This document shows, piece by piece, positions 1 through 9,427 of a DNA stretch of 64,000 nt. The DNA comes from Patescibacteria group bacterium. Lineage in GTDB: Bacteria > Patescibacteriota > Saccharimonadia > UBA4664. Both the position numbers and the translations under genes were made by a program. Position 1 is the first letter of the stretch; each line of letters opens with the position of its first letter. Under the pieces are notes generated by a model. The model saw only the letters and a list, made by a program, of their open reading frames with translations. It was not told the origin of the DNA and did no database searches. Location: the NCBI GenBank assembly GCA_028288925.1, contig JAQGHG010000012.1, forward strand, positions 13,762-77,761, written 5' to 3'.

Positions 1-655
1 GGGGCTCGCCGTCGTGCAGCATGGCAATGAGCTTTTCGGGGAATACTCTCACGACTTTTCGTCCCAGAATGATGGCATTCGCGAGCTCCAATTCGTTCAG
101 TATCTTGCCGGCCGTTTCCCGGGATAGACGCACTGAGCTGGCGAATTCCTGCTGAGTTTGGCGCAGATCAATAACCACGAAGCCATTCTTGTGGTCGTCC
201 GCCTTGCTCGCGAACCGCTCGGACAACACCAGCAGGCGATGAATAACCCTCTCTCTGGCTGTGTCTAGATTCAGGTTATGGACACGGGCATAGGCCGCCA
301 AGAGCTTTGGGATAACACCCGCGATCGCTCCTGGGTGGGTATTAATAAATTGATTGAATCTTTCGAGAGACTGTAGCCTTAAACGGGTGTCACCCATGGC
401 CGCGTATGACGCGCATATAGGCATATCTCCAAGGGCCCAGCCAATGGGGAAGAGATCGCCCTCTTTGAGTATTAGGTCAATACGCTCTTCGCCGGTGCCT
501 GTTACAGACACAACTTTGATACGGCCGGAGTAAACCAGATACACTCCTTTTGGTGTTTCGTCGATCGCGACCACTACTTCATTCCTGCCTAGCACCACGT
601 CTTTTCCAGACTCAAAGAATCTGCTCAGGGCGGCGGCTGGCTTGATAAAGTCCAA
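1..655 (-). CDS. Crp/Fnr family transcriptional regulator (partial, C-terminus runs off window)
   Basis: Minus-strand translation shows a cNMP-binding-like beta-barrel followed by a Crp-type HTH (…RQTQQEFASSVRLSRETAGKILNELE…). Likely TTG start near 655; no stop inside the window. Confidence 0.55.
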   Translation of the reverse strand, partial: MDFIKPAAALSRFFESGKDVVLGRNEVVVAIDETPKGVYLVYSGRIKVVSVTGTGEERIDLILKEGDLFPIGWALGDMPICASYAAMGDTRLRLQSLERFNQFINTHPGAIAGVIPKLLAAYARVHNLNLDTARERVIHRLLVLSERFASKADDHKNGFVVIDLRQTQQEFASSVRLSRETAGKILNELELANAIILGRKVVRVFPEKLIAMLHDGEP

Positions 656-923
656 AAGAGTTCACCTCGCGATGGTTGGGGTGGCGGAACCACGGCCCGA
701 TCCAACGTAATTATGGGTTGCACGGGATCTACTACCTTCATTTATACCCGCCATGTGGATAGATTACATCGGCTAATACTCCTATATTGGCTCCTTGTCT
801 ACGACGTAGTCCACAAGAAACGATTCAGCCACACGAACCGAGTCGGCGACACCAGTCGGATAATCTCTTCATGCCGCGCAAGTCGCGGACGCGAACATCG
901 ATTCCAAGTAGTGTGCTTTATGC

Positions 924-1565
924 ATGAGCTATCGAAATAAGTCGCGGCCAATACATGAGAAACTGCTGTGCGCCGTTATTTTGTCGGTAGGATTGGCCGC
1001 GGGCTTGGTAGTATTCTTTGCCGCCCCCAAGACCCCGGCGCCAACTAGAATACCTGTATTTGTGCAAACTGCCACATCTCATCAAAAAAATGCTATCGCG
1101 AAACGGCAATCGGCAAAGTACGGCCTGCCCGCTCGTCTCAGCATCCCGGCAATACAGGTCGGGGCGGCCATCGAGCCATTGGGCCTGACACCTGACGGAG
1201 TCATGGCCGCGCCAACAACTCCGGACGGGCTGGCTTGGTATAAATTAGGACCACGCCCTGGCGAGGCAGGTAATGCCGTCATCGCGGGCCACTTTGGCCA
1301 GTGGCCGAGTGGCCAAGGCTCAGTGTTCGACAACTTATTCGAGCTGCGCCGGGGGGACCTACTGTACGCAGAAGATGATGCCGGGGTTATCACCCGGTTT
1401 ATGGTGCGCGAAAGCCGAAGTTATGACCCCGAAGCTGATGCATCGGACGTTTTTGATTCGCACGACGGCGGGCAGCACCTTAATCTGATTACCTGTATGG
1501 GTACTTGGAATAAGGCTCTGGGAAGCTATCCTCGACGGCTGGTAGTGTTTGCGGATATCGATTAG
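924..1565 (+). CDS. sortase family transpeptidase (N-terminal TM anchor)
   Basis: The 213 aa ORF has LSIPAI…, a conserved His (AGH), the LITC active-site motif and a C-terminal Arg. Confidence 0.8.
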   Translation: MSYRNKSRPIHEKLLCAVILSVGLAAGLVVFFAAPKTPAPTRIPVFVQTATSHQKNAIAKRQSAKYGLPARLSIPAIQVGAAIEPLGLTPDGVMAAPTTPDGLAWYKLGPRPGEAGNAVIAGHFGQWPSGQGSVFDNLFELRRGDLLYAEDDAGVITRFMVRESRSYDPEADASDVFDSHDGGQHLNLITCMGTWNKALGSYPRRLVVFADID

Positions 1566-1654
1566 TCCACCGTAATTACATCCAAGAGCCGGTGGAAAGC
1601 ACGATGCCCGCCCAGGAATAATTCGCAAAATAACGACTCTACAGAGCCGTTATT

Positions 1655-2485
1655 TTGTTACGTACTTATTACTCCAAGAGCGAGCTAGAACTGCGATATA
1701 CTTCATGTATGGTAATACAGCGGCCCGACCGACCAGAGCCTACATTTGATGATGCCATTAACTTTACTTTGGATAAGGAAGAATCATTGCACGGGAATAT
1801 TGAGCACGAGAAGACCGAGAAAGAGCATCCGCTGCGCATTGCTATCGACGGACCCGCTGGTACCGGTAAATCTACGGTCGCGAAATTAGTTGCCGAACGG
1901 CTGGGAATACCTTCGCTAAATTCCGGCCAACTATATCGCTCAGTCGCGTATCTTATGCGGGCCCGAGGCGAGGACCTTGATGACCCAAACCGTGCCGCTG
2001 AGATAGCTGCGTCCATGGAGCCCATAATCGAAGCCGGCGCGGTTACAAAGCTTGGCAATTTTGACGTCTCGGGAATCTTAGGTTCCGATATAATCAGTGC
2101 GGCCACTCCCCGTGTTGCGAAACATCCGGGAGTACGTCAGGTCGTCTCAGACATACAGCAAGAGTACGCGACTCACCACGGAGCCGTTATGGAGGGAAGG
2201 GCGATTGGGACTGCGGTAATGCCGGACGCGGATATAAAAGTTTACCTCACTTGCGACCCGCAGGAGCGCGTTCGGAGGAGGAAGCAAGATGGGAATAATG
2301 AAACCATCGAGGAGTTGCTCGAGCGTGACCGTCTGGATTCGGAGCGCGAAAACGCACCACTCCGGAAGCCTGATGACGCCATAGAAATTGACACTACAAG
2401 CCTCACAACCGATGAGGTGGTAAATATGATTGTCGGTATGGCCAAAAAGATTACCAGCTCCAGCGACGAGCCCGAGAACTTGTAA
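1655..2485 (+). CDS. cmk: cytidylate kinase
   Basis: IAIDGPAGTGKSTVAK P-loop plus the SGQLYR motif typical of Cmk. The true start may lie downstream of 1655. Confidence 0.85.
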   Translation: MLRTYYSKSELELRYTSCMVIQRPDRPEPTFDDAINFTLDKEESLHGNIEHEKTEKEHPLRIAIDGPAGTGKSTVAKLVAERLGIPSLNSGQLYRSVAYLMRARGEDLDDPNRAAEIAASMEPIIEAGAVTKLGNFDVSGILGSDIISAATPRVAKHPGVRQVVSDIQQEYATHHGAVMEGRAIGTAVMPDADIKVYLTCDPQERVRRRKQDGNNETIEELLERDRLDSERENAPLRKPDDAIEIDTTSLTTDEVVNMIVGMAKKITSSSDEPENL

Positions 2486-2612
2486 TTAGAACCTTGTGGC
2501 CATAAGCGCGGTTCTAACGACTTCGACGATGGCCCCTCATAACATTATTTCAAAAGGTATCCTCGGGTCGTCTTCGTTGCTATGCGGAGAAATTTTTTGT
2601 TACAATCTACCA

Positions 2613-2999
2613 ATGGAAATGAAATTAGAACTTGTACCCCTACCCGTCAGCGACGTTGATCAGAGCTTGGCATTTTATAAAGACAAAGTCGGATTCAATC
2701 TGGACCACGACGTGCGGCCGGGCAACGGGATGAGAATTGTACAGCTTACTCCGCCTGGTTCAGCTTGCTCAATCGTGATTGGCACCGGGATGGAGGATGA
2801 TTCAGACAGGATCGGCTCAATCAAGAACTTACATTTAGTAGTAAAAGACATTGATGCCGCCCGGGCGGATCTCGTCGGCCGCGATGTTGACGTGAGTGAC
2901 GTGAATGATATGGGCGGGGTAAAATACGCCTATTTTGAAGACCCCGACGGCAACTCCTGGGCATTGCAAGAGATTAATAAAGCGGCTCGACCCAACTAG
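2613..2999 (+). CDS. VOC/glyoxalase-bleomycin resistance family protein
   Basis: 128 aa, MEMKLELVPLPVSDVDQSLAFYKDKVGF…, VOC fold signature. Start chosen at the ATG inside the longer track ORF. Confidence 0.7.
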   Translation: MEMKLELVPLPVSDVDQSLAFYKDKVGFNLDHDVRPGNGMRIVQLTPPGSACSIVIGTGMEDDSDRIGSIKNLHLVVKDIDAARADLVGRDVDVSDVNDMGGVKYAYFEDPDGNSWALQEINKAARPN

Positions 3000-3016
3000 C
3001 GGTCGGCGGGTAGCCC

Positions 3017-3577
3017 TTACTTCCGGTCGTCCATCTTCTCAAGTAGCTTCAGCAACTTTGTTGTCGTGTTCCAGCTGCGGATGGTCATGGATTTGTAGGC
3101 CGGTGTGCCGACGATTTTGCCGAGACGGCTTTTGGTGCGCTCGGCACTGAGGCGCTGGGAGTAGATTACGCCATCGCCCGGCCAGACCTTGTCGACGCCC
3201 TCCCGGGGAGCGAACACGGCCATAGCCTGGGCCGAATCAATACCCATCAAGAAGACCGCATCGCTATGATAATTCTCCGGCTGCTCACCGAAACCCTTAG
3301 GCTTGTCGTCGATGACGGCCTGGAGCTGACCCCGGGTTAACACCAAGACTTTGATAAGCTCGCTATCGAGTTTGAAGCTCTTAGTCAGATCCACTTCAAT
3401 CTGAGCTTGTATCTCGTCGGCAGACTTGGCGGATTCTAAAATCACATTACCGCTGGCGATATAGGTTGAGATATTGGAAAACCCCAATTCCTCTAGGCAG
3501 GTTCTCAAGCCCGCCATCGGTACGCTGTTTTTGCCGCCGACATTGATGCCGCGCAGAAGTATCACATAGGTGTTCAT
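3017..3577 (-). CDS. DUF1697 family protein
   Basis: MNTYVILLRGINVGGKN…, the characteristic DUF1697 N-terminus. The track ORF 3017..4081 is an antisense-driven over-extension. Confidence 0.65.
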   Translation of the reverse strand: MNTYVILLRGINVGGKNSVPMAGLRTCLEELGFSNISTYIASGNVILESAKSADEIQAQIEVDLTKSFKLDSELIKVLVLTRGQLQAVIDDKPKGFGEQPENYHSDAVFLMGIDSAQAMAVFAPREGVDKVWPGDGVIYSQRLSAERTKSRLGKIVGTPAYKSMTIRSWNTTTKLLKLLEKMDDRK

Positions 3578-3671
3578 TGCCTCATTGTACCTGAAAGATA
3601 CCTCTTGCCGCTGGGAACCTATGGCGCTTAAGACTTGATAATACTTATGCTTAAACGTACAGTCAGTAAGA

Positions 3672-4865
3672 ATGACAACCAAACCAAGACCCAAGAGACA
3701 GAGACGTAGAGGCGGCACCACAGTAAGCCGGCTTAAACGACTTCGGCAAAAAATATACCGGAAAGAACTCTTGCTTCTGTTTTCGGCCGCCCTACTGCTT
3801 CTGATCGGAGTGTTGACGCGAATGACGAAACCGCTCGACGACTCCAGCATCGCCAATACGGCGGATATAACGGTCCGGTCATCTATCTCCAAGGACATAC
3901 GCGGTAAGCTGTTGGCCGCGAGAGACCAGATTAGGACGCTGGAAGACGCGCAGGCCAAAGCCGGCGTGAGCGCGGTGCCGGACGCGATGGTCCAGGCCGA
4001 AATATCGGCCGTAAGTCTTGACCTCCAGGGCCAAAAACTGAAAAAAGCCCACAAGGATTTGGACCATCTCAGAAGCCACATACCCGGCTGGCAGAAACAG
4101 GTAGCCGATGCGATTACGCAAAAACAGCGACAAGAAGCGGCTCAACAAGCGGCGGCCCAACAAGCTCAGCAGCGAGCGGCGGCTGCCGGCACGGCGCCGG
4201 GGCAGCCCTACTGGCAGATACCCATTCTGATATACCACGACACGCCCGCGGACTTCGAGAGCCAGCTCCAGACATTAGTAGCGAAAGGCTATCACGCCAT
4301 CGACTTGGATCAGCTGCACTCGGCTATTACGGCCGGAGGCCCGTTACCGGGCAAGCCCGTCGTCATTACCTTTGATGACGGCTTTTCCGACCAAATGACG
4401 GCCTTTAGCTTGCTCAAAAAGTACGGCATGAAAGCCACCTTCTACATCATAAATGCGGGCGATGCCAGCAATTGGTGCATCGGCGCCGGCCGGCAGTACG
4501 GCTTGCCCACACAGCCGGCGGGTGGGTGCGGCGACCAATACATGAGTTGGGATCAGGTAAGGGAACTCGACCGGAGCGGCCTCATCACCATTGGGTCGCA
4601 TACGCTTGATCATTTAAGCCTGCCCAGCCTCCCCCTCGACCAGGAACGCCTCGAAATCATACAGGCGAAGGCCGAGCTAGAGGCGCAGCTAGGGCATGCG
4701 GTACGCCACTTCGCATATCCGTACGGCAGCTACAACGCCACGACCATCGCGATCGTGCAGGGCGCCGGCTTCTTAACGGCGGTCAGCACTATACCCGGCA
4801 CCGTTCAGACCAAGTCTAATCTGTATAGCCTCCACCGGGTGAGAAATGCCTACCTTTTGCCGTAG
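3672..4865 (+). CDS. polysaccharide deacetylase (NodB homology domain) with basic N-terminus, TM and coiled-coil region
   Basis: VVITFDDGF…, HTLDH and FAYPYG NodB motifs. Paralog of 51561..52649. Confidence 0.8.
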   Translation: MTTKPRPKRQRRRGGTTVSRLKRLRQKIYRKELLLLFSAALLLLIGVLTRMTKPLDDSSIANTADITVRSSISKDIRGKLLAARDQIRTLEDAQAKAGVSAVPDAMVQAEISAVSLDLQGQKLKKAHKDLDHLRSHIPGWQKQVADAITQKQRQEAAQQAAAQQAQQRAAAAGTAPGQPYWQIPILIYHDTPADFESQLQTLVAKGYHAIDLDQLHSAITAGGPLPGKPVVITFDDGFSDQMTAFSLLKKYGMKATFYIINAGDASNWCIGAGRQYGLPTQPAGGCGDQYMSWDQVRELDRSGLITIGSHTLDHLSLPSLPLDQERLEIIQAKAELEAQLGHAVRHFAYPYGSYNATTIAIVQGAGFLTAVSTIPGTVQTKSNLYSLHRVRNAYLLP

Positions 4866-4934
4866 AGGTTCTTTACTCAACAAGCCGGTTCGACCTGGGA
4901 TATACTGAAAGCTAAGTACTGTTTTGGAGCCGCG

Positions 4935-5321
4935 ATGAAAGAACTCACACTCAGAATCAAAATCGCGCGCACGCCGGAAGACGTGTTTGAATTCACGACC
5001 AATCCCGCCAATACCCCGAAGTGGATAGACTTTATCACGGAAGAGCAGACCAATGAGTGGCCGCCAAAGGTTGGAACAATCTACCGAAATCATTCCGGCG
5101 ACGGCCAATGGTCGGAGCTGGAAGTCACGAGCTACGCCGAGAACTATACCTTCACGATGTCGCGCAAAGACGGCTCGTTCCACGTCACGTACACCGTCAA
5201 GCCTCTTGGCGAGAATCTGACCGAACTGGAATTTCACGAACGAGTAGAGGAGGGCGAGCTAGGAGACCAGTTTACCCAGGCTACTCTCGAAAAGCTCAAG
5301 CGAGTAATGGAGGCTACATAA
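4935..5321 (+). CDS. SRPBCC (START/Bet v1-like) family protein
   Basis: 128 aa; size and pattern fit the polyketide-cyclase/AHSA1-like fold; RBS GGAG upstream. Confidence 0.5.
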   Translation: MKELTLRIKIARTPEDVFEFTTNPANTPKWIDFITEEQTNEWPPKVGTIYRNHSGDGQWSELEVTSYAENYTFTMSRKDGSFHVTYTVKPLGENLTELEFHERVEEGELGDQFTQATLEKLKRVMEAT

Positions 5322-5322
5322 C

Positions 5323-6006
5323 ATGAAGCTTAAACTTATAAATAAAGAAAACCTCACCGACAACATCTGGGCGTTCCGCTTCGAGCCTGATGAAAAGCAA
5401 AGCTGGATCCCCGGCCAGTTTATCCGCGTCGAAATTCCTCACGAACAGCCGGACGAGGAAGGAGCCAAGCGCTGGTTTACCGTGTCGTCCGCGCCGTACG
5501 AGGGGCTCATGCAGATCACCACCCGCGTCACCGGCACCACCTTCAAGCGGGCTCTGGCCGCCGTTCCCGTGGGCGCCGAAATCGATATGCTCGAAGCCCC
5601 GGACGGCGACTTTGTCTGGCCGGATTCGGAACTGCCGCTCATCTTCATCGCCGGCGGCATCGGTGCCACGCCGTTCTACAGCATGCTCAAGCAGCGCTTT
5701 CACGACCACCAACCACTCGGCGTCATGCTGGTCTATGGTGGCCGCACCGCCGACCTGCCGTTCCGCGCCGAATTCGACCAGTGGGCCGCCGCCGACCCTC
5801 GCTTCAAAATCCACTACGTCATCGGCGAACCGCTCACGCCCGCCGGCCTCACCGCGCTCGAACCCAAGCTCAACGACTCGCTCGTCTATCTGTCCGGCCC
5901 CGAGCCCATGGTTGAGTCGCTCGGTGACCAGCTCAAGGCGTCCGGTCTGCCCGAAGCCCAGCTCAGGCAAGATTTCTTCCCGAATTATACCGAAGCCAAT
6001 TACTAG
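5323..6006 (+). CDS. FAD/NAD(P)-binding oxidoreductase (ferredoxin-reductase-like)
   Basis: RxFTVSS-like FAD motif (RWFTVSS), a GGIGATP NAD-binding motif and a C-terminal aromatic residue. Confidence 0.75.
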   Translation: MKLKLINKENLTDNIWAFRFEPDEKQSWIPGQFIRVEIPHEQPDEEGAKRWFTVSSAPYEGLMQITTRVTGTTFKRALAAVPVGAEIDMLEAPDGDFVWPDSELPLIFIAGGIGATPFYSMLKQRFHDHQPLGVMLVYGGRTADLPFRAEFDQWAAADPRFKIHYVIGEPLTPAGLTALEPKLNDSLVYLSGPEPMVESLGDQLKASGLPEAQLRQDFFPNYTEANY

Positions 6007-6015
6007 GCCGGCCGC

Positions 6016-6642
6016 ATGGTAGAAATACACATTCGCCACGGCCAAGCCTCCGCCGAAACCGGCTGGGGGTTGACCAAAGAAGGCAAACGCCAAGCCCAAG
6101 CCGTCGCCGCGTACCTGCAAACACACTATCCCGAGGCCTTCACTATCGGCGTCCACTCCGGATCGCGCCGGGCCATGGAGACCGCGCAGCTACTCGGCCT
6201 GCCTGACATCGAATGGGCCAATGACGCGCGTTTGCGCGAAGCCGACTGGCAAGGCAACCCCGAGCCGCGGAAATTCGAACCATGGCAAGAAATGTATGCC
6301 CAAGTGGCGGCCGCGTGTCGGGATTGGGATACCCAGAGCGCTGGGAAGAACCGGGTCGTTGTGTCTCATGGCGGCACGATGCGGATGGTTCGCGCTTATC
6401 GCGAAGGCCTTACTGGATCGCGGTTCCATCTACTCTTCGAAGAGCCGTACAAATACTTTACGAATTGCCAGATACTTATCTATACCAATGAAAGCCCAAA
6501 AAACGGGACGATCGATCCCGAAAAGTTGTGGGTCAAGTCGGTCTGCCCATGGGATGAGGGCCGTTTCGGCCACGACTGGGTCCGCTCTGCAACCTTTCTG
6601 CCATTCCGGCGTCCGTCGAACGGGCCAAGACCGATCCGCTAG
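6016..6642 (+). CDS. histidine phosphatase (phosphoglycerate mutase-like) family protein
   Basis: IRHGQ catalytic motif near the N-terminus and a later SHGGT motif. Confidence 0.7.
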   Translation: MVEIHIRHGQASAETGWGLTKEGKRQAQAVAAYLQTHYPEAFTIGVHSGSRRAMETAQLLGLPDIEWANDARLREADWQGNPEPRKFEPWQEMYAQVAAACRDWDTQSAGKNRVVVSHGGTMRMVRAYREGLTGSRFHLLFEEPYKYFTNCQILIYTNESPKNGTIDPEKLWVKSVCPWDEGRFGHDWVRSATFLPFRRPSNGPRPIR

Positions 6643-6831
6643 CCTTCGGTCAGCTGTACGATCGCTACTACCTCAGGATATCACCTCGGATGCCTTCTTT
6701 AAGGCTATGGGTAGCCTTCCCGGCTTTGAGTGGCGCGGATTCCCGTTCTCTGCCTGGGCGGTAGCATTTCTTCGCACTGTATTTTAGGGGATCTGCGGCA
6801 ATCCTCCATAGTTCCATAGTATAGTTAAACC

Positions 6832-7245
6832 ATGGCGAATAAAAAGAAAGTCGCGCCCGCTAAATGGCCGCCACGCCGGCTCATGGCGGTTTATATAGCG
6901 GTGATGCTAGGGCTAATTCCCTGGACTATTAGTCTGGTCTATACTCTGCCCGCCCAGCATTTTGCACCCCACTGGAACGTAACATGGGTAGGGTTTGATC
7001 TGGTGCTCCTCACTACGCTGGCGACAACCGTCTTCCTGAGCTATCGGCGCTCGGTTTGGGTTATTCTGCCGGCTATGGCCCTGGGCGTCCTGCTGCTCGT
7101 GGACGCCTGGCTCGACATCACGACGGCCGCGCCGGGGAACGAGCTCACGTGGGCGCTCATCACCGGCTTGGCGGCCGAGATACCGCTGGCCGCGGCATCA
7201 TTCTGGCTAGCGGTGAAGACGATTTTGGTATACTTAAAACCATGA
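6832..7245 (+). CDS. hypothetical membrane protein
   Basis: 137 aa with 3-4 predicted TM helices; no recognised family. Confidence 0.45.
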   Translation: MANKKKVAPAKWPPRRLMAVYIAVMLGLIPWTISLVYTLPAQHFAPHWNVTWVGFDLVLLTTLATTVFLSYRRSVWVILPAMALGVLLLVDAWLDITTAAPGNELTWALITGLAAEIPLAAASFWLAVKTILVYLKP

Positions 7246-7751
7246 CAAAAAGCCGCGAAATCAGCACGAGCGACCTGGAACAACGAATTGAATTGCTAAA
7301 AGAGCGCATTTACGCCACCCTGGCGCTACTGGCCATCCTGCTCACCATCGACACAGCCCACACATCCACTGCCAAGGCCGCCGTAATCGTCGGCGGCACC
7401 GCGCTATCGCTGTGGGCGGCTAGCTTGGTAGCATCGCGCATGGCGTATCGGATCATCACGCAGGCGCGATCAGACACGGCGGTGCTCGACAAACAATTTG
7501 TGCGCCATTCGCCGCTCCTGGTAGCGGCAATCTTCCCGCTATTCACCATCTTTTTGTCATTCATCGGAGCAATCAGTCTAGCGGTCGCTATCGACATCGC
7601 AACCGGCGCGTCGCTGCTGCTGATCCTCGGGTGGTCGTTGCTCTCGGCGCGAGCCATGAAGGCCGGAAAACTATCTACCTTAATCCTGACCGCGGGGCAC
7701 CTAGCCATTGGGCTTGCGATCGTCAGCTTAAAGATAGCCGTGGGCCACTAA
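7242..7751 (+). CDS. hypothetical membrane protein
   Basis: ATGA-type 4-nt overlap with the previous gene; multi-TM. The track ORF 7056.. is over-extended. Confidence 0.45.
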   Translation: MTKSREISTSDLEQRIELLKERIYATLALLAILLTIDTAHTSTAKAAVIVGGTALSLWAASLVASRMAYRIITQARSDTAVLDKQFVRHSPLLVAAIFPLFTIFLSFIGAISLAVAIDIATGASLLLILGWSLLSARAMKAGKLSTLILTAGHLAIGLAIVSLKIAVGH

Positions 7752-7859
7752 CGCCGGGGTATTCGTTGGTTAAAGTAGGGGACCTACGATTACTATCACA
7801 CACCATATCGGCCAACTGGTAAATAGTATGGTTCGGATCTTTTTTGTTACTATGTTGGT

Positions 7860-8213
7860 ATGGATAAAGCCACCGAAGATTCAAAGAAGCGGATTAAGCA
7901 GACAGTGCTTGTCCTGGAAGAGCTGTTGAGTGGCTTGCCGCTCGTTAGTATGAGCAGAAAGTTTAATAACACCAACTTCACCGTAGGAGGGAAAGTCTTT
8001 GCATTCACCAAAAATGAGGGTTTAACACTTAAGCTACCCGCGGAAATGACCGACGCCCTAATCAAGCATGGCCGCGCCGAACGCCTCGTCATGGGCGGCC
8101 GGGCGATGAAGGAGTGGGTAACTATTACTCACACCAACCCCAAAAAATATGAGGCCGACATCGAACTGATTAACGCGGCGATTAAGTTTACGAAAGGGAC
8201 GGATGAGTCATGA
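7860..8213 (+). CDS. MmcQ/YjbR-like small protein (tentative)
   Basis: FTVGGKVFAF…LTLKLP…W pattern resembles the YjbR/TfoX-N fold; the assignment is weak. Confidence 0.4.
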   Translation: MDKATEDSKKRIKQTVLVLEELLSGLPLVSMSRKFNNTNFTVGGKVFAFTKNEGLTLKLPAEMTDALIKHGRAERLVMGGRAMKEWVTITHTNPKKYEADIELINAAIKFTKGTDES

Positions 8214-8614
8214 ATAATAAAATCATCATCGCCATTGTCGCGGGAGTCGTAGTGGTAGGAGGCGCAATCTTCGCGGTCTCCCAGCGCCCGTCCGGTACAC
8301 CGGCGGCTACGCCAAGCCCGGCGCCCAACACTCAGAATGCCCAAGCGGCGGCCACCATTACGTATTCCGCCAATGGGTTCTCACCCGCGACCACAACCAT
8401 TAAGTCCGGCCAGTCGGTGACGTTTAAAAATACCTCGTCCAGCGAAGTCCAGGTTGACTCCGATCCGCATCCCATCCATACCGACAACGAAGATCTAAAC
8501 GTAGGGACTATCGCCCCCGGTCAGAGCAAGACCGTCGTGCTCACCAAGAAAGGCGCCTTCGGCCTTCACAACCACCTTAACCCCGGTAACACGGCCCATA
8601 TTACTATCCAATAG
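8210..8614 (+). CDS. secreted cupredoxin-like domain protein (no Cys ligand)
   Basis: Signal/TM, Pro/Ala/Thr linker, then a plastocyanin-like beta-sandwich pattern (TIKSGQSVTFKN…HN) but no cysteine. Confidence 0.5.
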   Translation: MNNKIIIAIVAGVVVVGGAIFAVSQRPSGTPAATPSPAPNTQNAQAAATITYSANGFSPATTTIKSGQSVTFKNTSSSEVQVDSDPHPIHTDNEDLNVGTIAPGQSKTVVLTKKGAFGLHNHLNPGNTAHITIQ

Positions 8615-8658
8615 CCGGGAAGCGGTTGTATAATGCTTATGTATAGGGAAGGAAATAT

Positions 8659-9423
8659 ATGTTCATTCCGATCACCGCCATCACGACACTTGTAGGCGTT
8701 CTAGTCATGTTTGGCGCCTGGGTCTTTGTCGGCAGCCGCATCCGGCAGGCTCATACGGCAACGCTGCGCCCCGTACTGTTGCTGCACAAATTCTTTTTGC
8801 ATATGGCTATCTTCTTCCTCCTCATGTGGGCGCCGCACCTGTGGATTACGTTTGATCCAATCAATTTTTCCCTGCCTATGGCGATCGGCTATACGTTCGG
8901 CCATATCTTCCTTTACCTGGCGTTTATTGATATCGCCCAGATGACCTGCGTGATCGTGCCGAAGTTGGCATCCAAGGAGCGCTTGGCCACCCTCGTGGGC
9001 TACGCCTTGTGCGTCGTGATTACGACCATTAACGCCATTACCATGATCTGGGGCAAGCAGCCGACGTTTGACTACGCCAACAACGTAACCCTCTTCAACG
9101 CCCACCCGATTGTCGGCGCCTCCATCGGCATCTTGGCTGCCGTCTCGGTGTTACCCGCGGCGGTGCTGTTCATCATCAACGCCTTCAAGAGCCACAGTAC
9201 CCGCCGAGTCCGCTCTTTGCTATTGGGCACGGGCTTCTTCTTGCTCATGACGGCGGGTCCGCTCCACGACGTCGCCCGCACGAGCCAGCTCTACTTGATA
9301 GCCGATATTTTCTCGATGGTTAGCATCGTTCTGGTGGGGATCGGCGTGGTCTACCGCTTGGAGCAAAGCTTGTCGCTATCCAGCCCGGCTTCGGCCAAGG
9401 CGCCGGCCCCCAACGCTATTTAG
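8659..9423 (+). CDS. integral membrane protein (7-8 TM)
   Basis: Hydrophobic throughout; no family recognised. Confidence 0.5.
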   Translation: MFIPITAITTLVGVLVMFGAWVFVGSRIRQAHTATLRPVLLLHKFFLHMAIFFLLMWAPHLWITFDPINFSLPMAIGYTFGHIFLYLAFIDIAQMTCVIVPKLASKERLATLVGYALCVVITTINAITMIWGKQPTFDYANNVTLFNAHPIVGASIGILAAVSVLPAAVLFIINAFKSHSTRRVRSLLLGTGFFLLMTAGPLHDVARTSQLYLIADIFSMVSIVLVGIGVVYRLEQSLSLSSPASAKAPAPNAI

Positions 9424-9427
9424 CGGT

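Noticed and set aside
3017-4081. 354-aa ORF on the minus strand
   Set aside because: Only the C-terminal 186 aa (from MNTYV…) match DUF1697. The upstream 170 aa are antisense to the deacetylase gene 3672..4865 and Ser/Arg-rich.
5314-6156. 280-aa minus-strand ORF and 210-aa +2-frame ORF overlapping the FAD/NAD oxidoreductase gene
   Set aside because: These are antisense or alternate-frame artefacts of a GC-rich coding region; the sense gene has clear FAD/NAD motifs.
7056-7751. 231-aa ORF overlapping the 3' half of gene 6832..7245
   Set aside because: Its N-terminal 62 aa are Arg/Gly-rich out-of-frame overlap. The ATG at 7242 gives an ATGA-coupled start.
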